Positions 55,330 to 64,000 are shown, counted from the first letter of the stretch. The stretch: 64,000 nt of DNA from Candidatus Bathyarchaeota archaeon (GCA_050123155.1 JASFHP010000002.1:3990-67989), one strand, 5' to 3'. Notes: generated by a model from the letters alone, not told the origin. A program made the numbers and translations.

Positions 55330-55653
55330 TTCATAACCCCCACACTCAGGTTCGTCACGACGTTAATATACCCTCTGCTTTCTTTGACTTTACGAACATG
55401 TAAAAAGATAATAAGGCTGCCCCTGTAACAAGAACCAGCAGTCAGGTTTTCATTGAAAGGGCAGAACAGTAACAGACTATTTTACCATTTCAATAGTTAT
55501 TCTGGCTGAAACACCGCATCTGCCATAATTAACTTGAGTTGGATAATTCATGAAAAAGAAGCTAAAGTCCAAAAGCGAGACAAACGATTATGCAAGTCCG
55601 AACATCTGCTAATTTGTTGTTGAATACTATCTGAAAAACAAGTAACCCGATAG

Positions 55654-55911
55654 TTATTGAATATTGTTATAATATCTGCAAATGGGGCAATGAATGACCA
55701 TGTTTCGGATTTGCCCTTTATTGATTCCTTCAACCAGAACAGCCCCACAGTTCCCACATAAGAGATTCAGATTTCCATTACCTTTGATAACTGGCAAGAT
55801 CTCTCCAACTTTTGGTTCAAGAACAGCTCTCGTTTGAGGTTTTGGTTCAGGTATTATTCTGAGCCTAACATCCAAATCACATTTCCTCCAATTCCCGTCT
55901 TTTTCAAGCAC
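55654..55911 (-). CDS. Small Cys4 zinc-binding protein
   Basis: CGNCG ... CPIC pairs. Confidence 0.4.
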   Translation of the reverse strand: MLEKDGNWRKCDLDVRLRIIPEPKPQTRAVLEPKVGEILPVIKGNGNLNLLCGNCGAVLVEGINKGQIRNMVIHCPICRYYNNIQ

Positions 55912-56123
55912 AACCTAATGCTGCCCTAATAACTAACACTATTAATGAGTTAACATCACTAAAGTTTATGTGCGGAGAAAACGGTTAACATTTAGTCCTT
56001 CCCATACTCTAATATGCAACCAAGTGTATACACTAAAGCGTAGGATTCTCTTAGTGAAGATGGGCAAAAGACTTCTAATTCTTTTTTGCCGTTTATTTTG
56101 ACCATTCTACTGAAAAATATAAA

Positions 56124-56300
56124 GTGGAAAATGTGAAATTAGCAAATAATCAGTTTAACAAGTCAGTGTCAGAAGAAGTAAGAACGTTTGAAACAGAAAT
56201 ACTTTACCTTAATGGTAAAAAGCGAGAAGAAGCAATGAACGCTTATCATAAACTTTTGTTATCTTCAGCAGACCAACTGATTTACTTCACAAGAACGTAG
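56124..56300 (+). CDS. Possible 58-aa helical protein (GTG start; below the ORF-track cutoff)
   Basis: My own translation of an otherwise ORF-free stretch. No homology evidence. Confidence 0.2.
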   Translation: MENVKLANNQFNKSVSEEVRTFETEILYLNGKKREEAMNAYHKLLLSSADQLIYFTRT

Positions 56301-56353
56301 TATGAGGGATCAAAGTCTCTTAAGGAAAATTTGAAAGGAGGGAACATGAGGAT

Positions 56354-56554
56354 TTGGCTATGTCTGGGATTCAATACAAAATGCATCAAAAAATTATTCG
56401 TAAATTTAGGAAAGCAGGAGCCATTTCATGGGAGAAAGCTGTAACATTTGATGAGGCTGACCTTGATTTGCAGGAGCAGTATTGGTTAAGCTATTTTGCT
56501 GGAACTTTTCTTGGCAGAATAAAAAAAACTAAAGATCATCTATATTACATCTAG
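56354..56554 (+). CDS. Hypothetical small protein
   Basis: ORF only. No motif recognised. Confidence 0.3.
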   Translation: MAMSGIQYKMHQKIIRKFRKAGAISWEKAVTFDEADLDLQEQYWLSYFAGTFLGRIKKTKDHLYYI

Positions 56555-56579
56555 GAGTGCACACGCGGTACGAAATACT

Positions 56580-56792
56580 TCAAGTTATGACTTTCCGTTT
56601 AAGATATGCAACAGTAAACAACATGCCCGTCTCTAGGCGAATATTTTGAACACCCACCAATTCCCAGCCCTCTTCCCCCAAATCGTTCAATTCGTTTTGC
56701 ACATTTTGTATAATAGGATTCTTTTCTCGCTCATGTCGATTAATATGAACCTTGGTCTTCAACGCAAGCACAATATACTCCCATTTCACCAA
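56580..56792 (-). CDS. DUF4177-like small protein
   Basis: WEYIVL...LNDLGEEGWELVGV is the characteristic pattern. Confidence 0.55.
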   Translation of the reverse strand: MVKWEYIVLALKTKVHINRHEREKNPIIQNVQNELNDLGEEGWELVGVQNIRLETGMLFTVAYLKRKVIT

Positions 56793-57045
56793 TTACTAAC
56801 ACCTCAAACACTACTAATGTTAAATCAAGCAGTAAATATCTTTGTTTGAAATGTTTCCAACTACCGCTGACGCTAACCATTTTTTGGTTGTAACACTCTA
56901 GACACCTATACGAAAGTTAATTAGGAGGACTGGTGTAACATAAGCCAAGCAGTTAAGTACTTTCTAAAGAAGGTAGGACAGTAATAAGCGGTTTTACTCT
57001 TTTTTCAAGGCACTTCTAGCTTATAAAAGCAAACGAGGTGATAGA

Positions 57046-57258
57046 ATGTCATATTCATACAGTAACATAGAGAAACCAGTTGCAGTTGACAAAGAATACG
57101 AAGCCGAAATCGAGGACATAAGCAGAAAAGGCGACGGCATCGCAAAGATTCAGGGCTTCATCATATTTGTGCCAAACACTAAGCAAGGAGAACACGTGAA
57201 ATTCAAGGTAACTAGGGTTGGAAACAGGTTCGCGATTGGCGAGTTAGTGCAAGCCTAA
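57046..57258 (+). CDS. Stand-alone TRAM-domain RNA-binding protein
   Basis: EYEAEIEDISRKGDGIAKIQGFIIFVPNTKQGEHVKFKVTRV is the TRAM OB-like pattern. Confidence 0.8.
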   Translation: MSYSYSNIEKPVAVDKEYEAEIEDISRKGDGIAKIQGFIIFVPNTKQGEHVKFKVTRVGNRFAIGELVQA

Positions 57259-57327
57259 TCGGAATAATGTCTGAAACTAGATTCAATGTAGCTATCGAGA
57301 AACTCTAAACATAGGGAGGTGTATTGC

Positions 57328-57609
57328 ATGTCAAAAGACCCAAACATAGTATATATTGGAAGGAAACCGGTCATGAGCTACGTGTTAGCAGTGATAACAA
57401 GTTTCAACTCGTCTGATACCAAAGAAGTAACGGTGAAGGCAAGGGGACGATCTATGACAACGGCTGTAGATGTCGCTGAAGTTGTTAAGCGCCGATTCAT
57501 GAAAGATCTGAAGGCAAGTAAGATAACGATTGGAACTGAAGAACTACAGCAAGAAGAAGGCGGAACAAGAAACGTTTCAACGATGGAAATAATGCTAGCG
57601 AGAGACTGA
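57328..57609 (+). CDS. albA: Alba (Sac10b-family) DNA/RNA-binding protein
   Basis: NIVYIGRKPVMSYVLAVIT...VKARGRSMTTAVDVAEVVKRRF. GGGAGGTG RBS 8 nt upstream of the ATG at 57328. Confidence 0.85.
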   Translation: MSKDPNIVYIGRKPVMSYVLAVITSFNSSDTKEVTVKARGRSMTTAVDVAEVVKRRFMKDLKASKITIGTEELQQEEGGTRNVSTMEIMLARD

Positions 57610-57728
57610 TAAAACGGCAGATGCAGCCTTCTTTCAACAATCTCTTGTTTCTGCAACCTTTTCCCCATTTCTTGCACTAATTTTGCAGTGCACAAAGTTA
57701 TTTCAAAGATTGAATTATATTTAAAGAG

Positions 57729-57950
57729 GTGATTATCTTGTCTAGGAAACTGACGGAGTTTGAGAAAAAAGTTTATGACTTTATCAAAGAACACGATGAA
57801 ATGATTGTTTCAAATGTACCGGAGGACATGAGCGGCGCAATACCTAATCTCAAAAGCGCTGGACTCCTTGAAACCTTCAGAAAACCTGCAAATCCTTGGG
57901 CCTCAAAGAAAAAGACTTTCGTGAAAGTCATAATCAGAAATCATCCTTAA
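57729..57950 (+). CDS. Small winged-helix-like protein (hypothetical)
   Basis: The LTEFEKKVYDFIKEHDEMIVSNV pattern resembles MarR/TrmB-type wHTH N-termini. Weak call. Confidence 0.35.
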   Translation: MIILSRKLTEFEKKVYDFIKEHDEMIVSNVPEDMSGAIPNLKSAGLLETFRKPANPWASKKKTFVKVIIRNHP

Positions 57951-58211
57951 ACTCGTCCTATGCGCACGCAGACTTAGGTTAATTATTCACTCCAATCACT
58001 TAGTATCTCTGAGATTATGAACCCACAACCAATGGAGATATTTATCCATCCACTTCCCGCAACTCCCACCTTTTTTCAATTTTAAGGGTTAAAATTTACC
58101 CAAACCTAAAATGTTCCTTCTTTTTGGGAATTATAGTATCTCCAAATTTTTAAAAACTAAAACAAAGATTCTATTCCAGACAAGAAACTTGGTGAAGGAG
58201 TCAAACAGCCC

Positions 58212-59315
58212 GTGAACAAGCTGCTCATCATCGGATCTGCACCACACAAGAAAGTGGACAGCATCAAATGGACACAACCTTTTCGGTACATGGAAAAATA
58301 TGACTCCCTCATAATCGACCTCACCTCATTTCCAAAAAATTATCCCCCAACACTCTTCAACAATATAGGTTTGCTGAAGAGAACAGCCCGCATCTTCATC
58401 CGAGATAACAAAGAAATCTTCTGCATAATGGAAAAAGCCCTAAGAATCCCATTTAAACAAATCCCCTTAAACTACTCGTGGATTCCCTTCCCACAAAAGC
58501 TGACAGTGAACCCAATGATACTGGGAAGAACAATAGTCCTCAAGGATGAAAGATTCTCAGAATACATGGAAAACGTCGAAAAATGGGAGAACGAACTATT
58601 CTGGGAAAACACAGCCAACTGCAGTTTTGATCCCATAGCAATCAACAAATCCCAGAACCCAGTAGCCGCTACCCTCACAATAAACAATAGAGGAAAAATC
58701 CATTTCTTGCCAAAAACAACAAAAATCAGCCGCTCTAAGGCAATAAAGCTTCTGATGGGTTTAGCCTCTGGAGAAGAGCCAGAAGAGTATCCGTGGTTAG
58801 ACTCGATAGAAATTCCGGAACTCAACCAAACTGACGACCCATGGAACAACAGTATAGCTCCCGAAGAATACCGCAACCTGTTCTCGATAGACCATAAGAA
58901 AGTCGTGAAAGCGGTTCAATTAATTCTGGAAGATTTGGGTATACAGACTCTTCCAAATGCCGAGTTTGACCTGATAGGCTTGAAGAGCAGCATTGTGGTT
59001 AAAACTGCTTCAGCAAAAAGAAAAGTTGAAGCTCAAAACGCCAAAATCAGCCAACTGGCAAAATTCATTGAAAACCAGAGAAGAAACGAGAAGATTATCT
59101 TCATAGCTAACACGTACACAGACTTGCCTATTAACGAACGAGCAGACAAGGAGCATCTCGATGTTTCAGTGAAGCTGTTTCTTGAAACAAACAACACGAT
59201 ATTCTTGACAACTTTGAGTCTGTATCATCTCTGGAAAAAAGTCGTCACAGACCAAATCAGCGCCCAAGAAGCCTCCTTCCTGCTCCACAACGAAACCGGC
59301 GAAATAACAATATAA
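58212..59315 (+). CDS. Uncharacterised 367-aa two-domain protein (orphan)
   Basis: Long GTG-initiated ORF. The C-terminal part has an alpha-beta-beta-alpha-beta pattern (VVKAVQLILEDLG / FDLIG / SIVVKTAS / IIFIAN) reminiscent of nuclease-like folds, but without a clear acidic triad. Confidence 0.55.
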   Translation: MNKLLIIGSAPHKKVDSIKWTQPFRYMEKYDSLIIDLTSFPKNYPPTLFNNIGLLKRTARIFIRDNKEIFCIMEKALRIPFKQIPLNYSWIPFPQKLTVNPMILGRTIVLKDERFSEYMENVEKWENELFWENTANCSFDPIAINKSQNPVAATLTINNRGKIHFLPKTTKISRSKAIKLLMGLASGEEPEEYPWLDSIEIPELNQTDDPWNNSIAPEEYRNLFSIDHKKVVKAVQLILEDLGIQTLPNAEFDLIGLKSSIVVKTASAKRKVEAQNAKISQLAKFIENQRRNEKIIFIANTYTDLPINERADKEHLDVSVKLFLETNNTIFLTTLSLYHLWKKVVTDQISAQEASFLLHNETGEITI

Positions 59316-59536
59316 CACACAATCACCAATGCATCGCCAATTTTTGGTTGCCGAATTTTAGGCGACTTCCAATTTTGCTCGTCTATACGTATGTTTACGT
59401 ATTTTTTCGAATTCTCGCTGGTTTGTACTTTTTCTTATTGCTTCTTACTTGTCTATACCTTCCTGTGTGAAAACCACATGCGAACGCACAAATTTTAAAT
59501 ATGATTTAGATGTAGCAACCATACTGAGGAAGATTT

Positions 59537-60139
59537 ATGGACAAAAAAATCCTAATTGTGGTAATAATTGTAGCTATTTTGGCAGTATCATCAATTGCAG
59601 CATATGTAGTGCTGAGTGGAGATGGCGGAAGTAATGGTAGCGCAGAGAATGGCGGCACAACCGAGAATGGAAGCACAGACAACGGAAGCACAGAGAATGG
59701 AGCAACTGATAATGGCAACGGAGAAAATGGCGGAGGCACAGAAGTGGATGTCGGAGGCGCAAGCAGTATGCAATTCAAAGTAAGTGTTGACCCCGCAGAT
59801 GAAGAAAGTGTAACCTACGAGTATATGATCAAAAATGCGGGAACCTCCAGTCTCATGATGCGAATCGAAATGGAATCGGCAGACGAAGAATTCATTTACA
59901 TAATAAATGGAGCTCAAGAGAAGGTGTGGATATGCTCTGATGGCGAATGGATGGAAATTTCTGAGTTATATCAAACTTATTGGGAAACATGGAATACAGC
60001 ATGGCAAGGATACCAAACAAGCCTTCTAGATTGGACTGGTTTCGGAGACTGGTCATACACTACTGCAAATGGAGACTCTGTCAGAATCTATGACATAAAC
60101 GTGAATCCATCGCTTTCAGACTCACTATTCCAACATTAG
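59537..60139 (+). CDS. Membrane-anchored protein with an [ED]-N-G-[STA]-T low-complexity linker and a globular C-terminal domain
   Basis: The N-terminal TM helix is ILIVVIIVAILAVSSIAAYVV. The repeat tract is SAENGGTTENGSTDNGSTENGATDNGNGENGG. Confidence 0.6.
   Translation: MDKKILIVVIIVAILAVSSIAAYVVLSGDGGSNGSAENGGTTENGSTDNGSTENGATDNGNGENGGGTEVDVGGASSMQFKVSVDPADEESVTYEYMIKNAGTSSLMMRIEMESADEEFIYIINGAQEKVWICSDGEWMEISELYQTYWETWNTAWQGYQTSLLDWTGFGDWSYTTANGDSVRIYDINVNPSLSDSLFQH
59621..59740 (+). repeat. Degenerate ~15-nt coding tandem repeats (ENG-S/T units)
   Basis: Read from the DNA and the translation. They lie inside the CDS at 59537-60139. Confidence 0.6.
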
Positions 60140-60309
60140 GTAAACTCTTGATGCACAAAGCCCAGTTCACAAACAATCCACAAACACCAAAACCTCTCTC
60201 CCTTTTTTTTGGTAAACCCCAACCCATTCCCAGGTTCCTCTTTTCCGTTTCCACTCTCTCATACACACCCTTTCTCCACAACAACACCAAACCACGCACT
60301 GAAGGCTAA

Positions 60310-60400
60310 CTTCAGTCAATTCTTTTCGTTTCTCAGAAACTTAACCAGCAAAGACGCCTCTTTCCTGATCCACAACGAAGCAGACGAAATACAAATGTGG
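60310..60400 (+). pseudogene. Relic of the 3' end of a paralog of the gene at 58212-59315
   Basis: After a 3-nt gap, the first 40 nt of the 3' portion of 60347-60395 match the gene's 3' end (within 59258-59309) at 33 positions by hand count. Translation FSQFFSFLRNLTSKDASFLIHNEADEI against LSLYHLWKKVVTDQISAQEASFLLHNETGEI. Confidence 0.5.
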
Positions 60401-60464
60401 CCCATAATTAGAGCGACTATTCGTGTGAACTCTGGTCTGTAACCTCTTGTTGTGCGAGAAAATT

Positions 60465-60517
60465 TCTGAAAAAAGATTGTTTTCAACAATCAACTACTAT
60501 TAGGGGTCTAATATGCG
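60465..60517 (+). repeat. Intergenic motif copy B (GAAAAAAGATTGTTTTCAACAAT...TATTAGGGGTCTAATATGCG)
   Basis: It aligns with copy A at 32827-32882. Confidence 0.6.
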
Positions 60518-60540
60518 TAAAGTTCGTGTGAATCTTCTCG

Positions 60541-61359
60541 CTATTCTAGTCTTTTGTAGGTTGCTGTGAATAGGAAGATTGCTACTGCGGTGAACACTAT
60601 GACTCCGCTTGTTGCTACACTGTAGATTGCTGAGAGCAGTATACCCGTGGTCATGCTGACTACTCCGAATACTATGGCAGCCAACGTTGTTCCCTTAAAC
60701 GAAAGATTCAGCTGAAGAGCAGAGAGCCCAGGCAACACTAGGAGGGCAACTACAAGAATTACTCCTATCACCTTTATCGAAAGCACAATGGTGACTGCCA
60801 CCAGCAGGTTGAAGGCTAACGACAGCGGACGGACAGGGATGCCCATCAGCCGGGCGCCTTCCTCGTCAAAGGTGATGGAGAGAAGCTCCTTGTGGAATAT
60901 TCCCAGAACCAGTATCGTTGACACTCCAAGAATCGACACTATAATGAGGTCACTTTGATCGATGGTGAGGACTGAGCCGAACAGAAAACTGAACAACTCA
61001 ACGTTGAATCCGCCAGCCAAACTTATTATTATCAAACCTGCAGAAAACCCCACCGCCAACATCACAGCTATGGCAGAGTCGGACTGAGCCAAACCTTTCC
61101 GTCTCATGTAAGATATGCCCAAAACCGCTAAAACTGAAACCAGCAACGAAGACAAAATCGGATTAATCCCCAGAAACAGCCCCAACGCAATCCCCCCAAA
61201 AGCTGTGTGCGCAATCCCATCGCCTAACATAGCCTCCTTCCGTAATATCAGAAAAAGACCAACCCATGCACAAGCCAAAGCCGCTACAGTTCCGCCCAGC
61301 AATGCATGCTGAAAGAACTGGAATTCCAGAAGCCTGAAAATCTCAATCAGTTCATTCAT
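60541..61359 (-). CDS. Metal ABC transporter permease (ZnuB/TroC-like)
   Basis: 8-9 TM helices and a family-typical sequence. I prefer the start at 61359, 4 nt after the ATPase gene stop codon. Confidence 0.85.
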   Translation of the reverse strand: MNELIEIFRLLEFQFFQHALLGGTVAALACAWVGLFLILRKEAMLGDGIAHTAFGGIALGLFLGINPILSSLLVSVLAVLGISYMRRKGLAQSDSAIAVMLAVGFSAGLIIISLAGGFNVELFSFLFGSVLTIDQSDLIIVSILGVSTILVLGIFHKELLSITFDEEGARLMGIPVRPLSLAFNLLVAVTIVLSIKVIGVILVVALLVLPGLSALQLNLSFKGTTLAAIVFGVVSMTTGILLSAIYSVATSGVIVFTAVAIFLFTATYKRLE

Positions 61360-62161
61360 CTTCGAAAACCCGTTTGCATTCATGCTTGTGGAAGACGAAG
61401 TGGAAGTGCTCGCCGTAGGCTTTCCTCAGAACCTCTTCGGGTTCCAATGCCTCGGTTATGTCAGTCACGTTAACCCGTTTATTAATGCACATAATCTTGG
61501 ACATTCTGCAGAAAACCGCTGTCAAATCATGGGTCACTATCAGAATGGTGATGCCCTTCTTAACGTTAAGGTCGCTAAGTTTCTTGTAGAACTTCTCTTG
61601 AGTCTCCGCATCCACGCCAACCACAGGCTCATCCAACAAAATTATCTCAGGATTCCTCACCAACGCCTTAGCCACGAAAACCCGCTGCTTCTGTCCCCCC
61701 GAAAGCTGCCCAATCCTCTTGTTCGCAATCTCAGATATTCCCATGAACTCGAGAACCTCGTCCACAGACTCCCAATCCTTCCGCTTCAATGTTCTTCCCA
61801 TATTTCCTCTGTTCACCCTGCCAAGAGACACAAGCTCTCTTACTGTCAACGGAAAATTTGGGTCAAAATTAACTGCGTGCTGCGGCACGTAGGCAATTTT
61901 CTCCCATTTGGAGAATGATCCTATGTTCTGTCCGAAGAGGCGGATGCTTCCCTTTGTTCTGGGCAGAATGTTCAGGAGCGCCAGAATGAGAGTGGTTTTG
62001 CCTCCCCCATTTGGACCCACTATGCCAACGTAGTCTCCTCTGTGGATTGTGAAATCGGCGTGCTCGATAACCGACGAGTTTGACCTGCTCACGTAGAGGT
62101 TTGAAACCTCTAGTATGGATGTTTCTTCTTTCATGGCATTCGATTGACTATTGTCTGCCAT
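61352..62161 (-). CDS. Metal ABC transporter ATPase (ZnuC/TroB-like)
   Basis: Walker A GPNGGGKTT, signature LSGGQKQR and Walker B ILLDEP. Confidence 0.9.
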   Translation of the reverse strand: MADNSQSNAMKEETSILEVSNLYVSRSNSSVIEHADFTIHRGDYVGIVGPNGGGKTTLILALLNILPRTKGSIRLFGQNIGSFSKWEKIAYVPQHAVNFDPNFPLTVRELVSLGRVNRGNMGRTLKRKDWESVDEVLEFMGISEIANKRIGQLSGGQKQRVFVAKALVRNPEIILLDEPVVGVDAETQEKFYKKLSDLNVKKGITILIVTHDLTAVFCRMSKIMCINKRVNVTDITEALEPEEVLRKAYGEHFHFVFHKHECKRVFEDE

Positions 62162-62184
62162 TCAATTTCAACTTTGCCTTGTTA

Positions 62185-63138
62185 CTATGAAGCTTCCAGT
62201 CCTATCTTTAGGTTTTCCAAGTTTTTTTCTTGTTGCTCAAAGTAATCTAAACCGTCTATGGAACCGAGCATGAAGTAGATCTTCAGAATCTGCACTTCAT
62301 TGTCTGTGCGGGTCTCTAAATCGTTCTTGAGTGTTTGCGCGTACTCGTCTGCGTAGACTGGATCAACATACACCACGTATGTTTCATGATCTATCATCAT
62401 GTCGACTAGGTCGACGTAAACTTGGGCGCTGGGTTGCTCGTCCGCGGAGATGCCTATGACACTGTGCTGGTTGAATCCATACCTGTCCGCGAGATATCCG
62501 AAGGCAGAATGAGCAACAAAAATATCCTCCTTACTTTTGGTTGAGAGTCCAGTCATGTAGTTGTTGTCCAGTTCTTCGAATCGTGTCTTCATGTTTTGCC
62601 AGCGTTCACTGTAGTAGCCCTCATGATTTGGGTCTTTCTGGATCAGAGCCTCGTATATGTTTTGGGCCTGCTGTTTTGCAATGAATGGGCTTATCCATGT
62701 GTGGGGGTCATAGTTCCCCTCGTGTTCATGTTCGTGTTCCTCGGTTTCGCCTCTAGTTTCAAGGAGCTGTGTTCCCGTAGTGGTTTCTACGATTATTTTG
62801 TTGCTTGAATCAATCACGGACAATATGTCGTCCTTGAACCAGTGGTCAAGTGATGCACCATTGTAGACTATAACGTCAGCCTCATCTACGGCTAAAATGT
62901 CGGCAGATGATGGCTGCCAAGTGTGCACCTCCGTGTTGTCGGGTATGAGCTGCGTGACGCCTACTTCTTCTCCGCCTATCTCTTGAGCGAAGAAGGCGAG
63001 GGGATAGAATGTGGCTACAACCTTTAGTTTATCATCATTTTCTGTTTCGTTTTGCTGCGCGTAGAAAGCAGTGGCAAACACCGCCACTATAACGATTATA
63101 ACTGTTGCGGCTACGAGAAGTTTCTGACGTTTATTCAT
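62185..63138 (-). CDS. Cluster A-I (TroA/ZnuA-like) metal-binding protein with a His/Glu-rich loop
   Basis: N-terminal anchor. GETEEHEHEHEGNYDPHTW loop, typical of Zn-type binding proteins. Confidence 0.85.
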   Translation of the reverse strand: MNKRQKLLVAATVIIVIVAVFATAFYAQQNETENDDKLKVVATFYPLAFFAQEIGGEEVGVTQLIPDNTEVHTWQPSSADILAVDEADVIVYNGASLDHWFKDDILSVIDSSNKIIVETTTGTQLLETRGETEEHEHEHEGNYDPHTWISPFIAKQQAQNIYEALIQKDPNHEGYYSERWQNMKTRFEELDNNYMTGLSTKSKEDIFVAHSAFGYLADRYGFNQHSVIGISADEQPSAQVYVDLVDMMIDHETYVVYVDPVYADEYAQTLKNDLETRTDNEVQILKIYFMLGSIDGLDYFEQQEKNLENLKIGLEAS

Positions 63139-63180
63139 TTGGCTTTGCCTCTCTGTTGTTTAGTGTGTGTAACATAGAAG

Positions 63181-63210
63181 TTTATTAACTTTTCTCAGTT
63201 TTTTAATAAA
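63181..63210. promoter_or_regulatory. Inverted repeat TTTATTAA-N14-TTAATAAA in the divergent transporter/nikR intergenic region
   Basis: Perfect 8-bp arms. It is A+T-rich, so it may simply be two divergent TATA boxes. Confidence 0.3.
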
Positions 63211-63255
63211 ACATATTTAAATATGGGTATAAATCTTAATAATGTGGTGCGTAGC

Positions 63256-63663
63256 ATGCCGATCATCAGCGTTTCGGTTCCAGAAAAACTCCTAGAGCGA
63301 GTGGAGGAATCCATCAAGGAGCAAGGATTCGCTAACCGATCAGAGATTGTCAGGCAGGCTTTAAGGGCATTCATTACGGAAACCAGAAGCCTCAGGGAGC
63401 TTGAGGGAGAAATCTCGGCGTCCATAACAATCATATACAAAAGAGGCGCAAATGGGCAGATATCTGAAATCCAGCACAGCTTCGGAAACATAATCTCAAC
63501 CTTTCTTCATGCTCACGTAGAAGAGGACTACTGCATCGAAGTAATCGTGGTGAAGGGAAAAGCAGACAACATCAGGAAACTGGTGGAGGCATTCCGAACC
63601 AACGAGCAAATCAACCAAATCAGAGTCTCTATACTAAAAACACCCAAAAGACCGACGGCATAA
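63256..63663 (+). CDS. nikR: NikR-family ribbon-helix-helix nickel-responsive regulator
   Basis: RHH N-terminus (ISVSVPEKLLERVEE...RSEIVRQALR). The C-terminal H-x10-H-x-H-x5-C (IQH...LHAHVEEDYC) has the same spacing as the E. coli NikR high-affinity site H76/H87/H89/C95. Confidence 0.8.
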   Translation: MPIISVSVPEKLLERVEESIKEQGFANRSEIVRQALRAFITETRSLRELEGEISASITIIYKRGANGQISEIQHSFGNIISTFLHAHVEEDYCIEVIVVKGKADNIRKLVEAFRTNEQINQIRVSILKTPKRPTA

Positions 63664-63850
63664 AAAAAGCCACAAGTTAGTGAGTCTAAAGGAATTTAGT
63701 GGTTTCAAAGTTTTGTGTTGTATTCTGTCGTTTTTCCTGTCAGTGTTCACTGGTTGTGTTAATGCGGGCGGCGTTTTATAATGTAGTCAAATATTTGGTC
63801 TATGTTGTATTGTTGGGTTTTAAATATTGATTATAACTATTAATTCGGAA

Positions 63851-63885
63851 TATTTATTAAGTATTAAGTCTTAATATATGCCGTG
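63851..63885 (+). repeat. Intergenic motif copy C (TATTAAG-t-CTTAATATATGCCGTG)
   Basis: It resembles the 3' half of copy A (TATTAGG-ct-CCTAATATGTGCCGTT). It lies 58-92 nt upstream of the ATG at 63943. Confidence 0.45.
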
Positions 63886-63942
63886 TCTTTGCGGGGCACA
63901 CGTGCCACGTCATAAGACAAATTGAAGGAAGGAAAGAGAGAA

Positions 63943-64000
63943 TGAAAGCAGGCAAAAGTATCGCAGATAAGGACGAGCCATTTTTCTACATGGCTTTCGT
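63943..64000 (+). CDS. Start of an unidentified CDS (runs out of the window)
   Basis: The ATG is preceded by GAAGGAAGGAAAGAGAGA. Only 19 codons are visible. Confidence 0.3.

Noticed and set aside
59621-59740. Short tandem DNA repeats that could be mistaken for a minisatellite or CRISPR-like array
   Set aside because: The repeats are ~15 nt, degenerate, contiguous without spacers, and in frame inside a CDS. They encode an [ED]-N-G-[ST]-T low-complexity linker.
32827-60517. Direct repeats A (32.8 kb) and B (60.5 kb) as attL/attR of a 27.6-kb integrated element
   Set aside because: The interval contains core housekeeping genes (L15e, RNase P subunits, glnA, amt, Alba, GGR), has no integrase or transposase, and is G+C-richer rather than island-like. 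A partial third copy lies outside it. A repeated regulatory cassette is more plausible.

Overview
This window looks like an archaeal chromosome segment. The marker genes are ribosomal protein L15e, RNase P subunits Rpp30 and Pop5, a DUF54 protein, Alba, a stand-alone TRAM protein, geranylgeranyl reductase, a Dph6-like protein, a DUF1616-like protein and an archaeosortase. GGAGG/GGTGA-type ribosome-binding sites are common. I cannot assign a lineage from sequence alone.

Layout:
- ~1-30.6 kb: a visibly A+T-richer glycan and cell-surface island. It holds a WbpB/WbpD/WbpE-like amino-sugar trio, GT-C, GT2 and GT4 transferases, a B12-radical SAM gene next to a DUF362 gene, epimerases, GNAT and kinase-like genes, and a flippase. 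It also holds an unusually large archaeosortase fusion protein and several secreted proteins with PEF-CTERM-like tails. Two decayed gene relics sit in this island.
- ~30.7-36 kb: cysteine desulfurase, a Mut7-C protein, then two tandem KaiC-like ATPases packed directly upstream of an ammonium transporter. No PII/glnK gene is present in the window.
- ~36-47.9 kb: a CARDB-repeat surface protein, a truncated exosome/RNase P 'superoperon' (L15e-DUF54-Rpp30-Pop5) and housekeeping genes.
- ~48-50.7 kb: glnA followed by two stand-alone RAM-domain genes, divergent from a full-length Lrp/AsnC regulator.
- ~51-64 kb: a PQQ-like beta-propeller surface protein, small nucleic-acid-binding proteins, an orphan 367-aa protein with a relic paralog, a TroA/Znu-type ABC transporter and a divergent NikR.

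Main leads:
1. The KaiC-KaiC-Amt and glnA-RAM-RAM operons share a near-identical promoter/leader module and GAATG-based palindromes. This suggests a PII-less nitrogen-control circuit.
2. A four-module archaeosortase (sortase core, Zn ribbon, EpsI-like ectodomain, winged-helix-like tail) sits among at least five candidate client proteins.
3. Several repeated intergenic motifs and gene relics are visible by direct sequence comparison.

I found no CRISPR array, rRNA, convincing tRNA, transposase or integrase. All domain calls come from motif recognition by eye and need HMM or structure confirmation.
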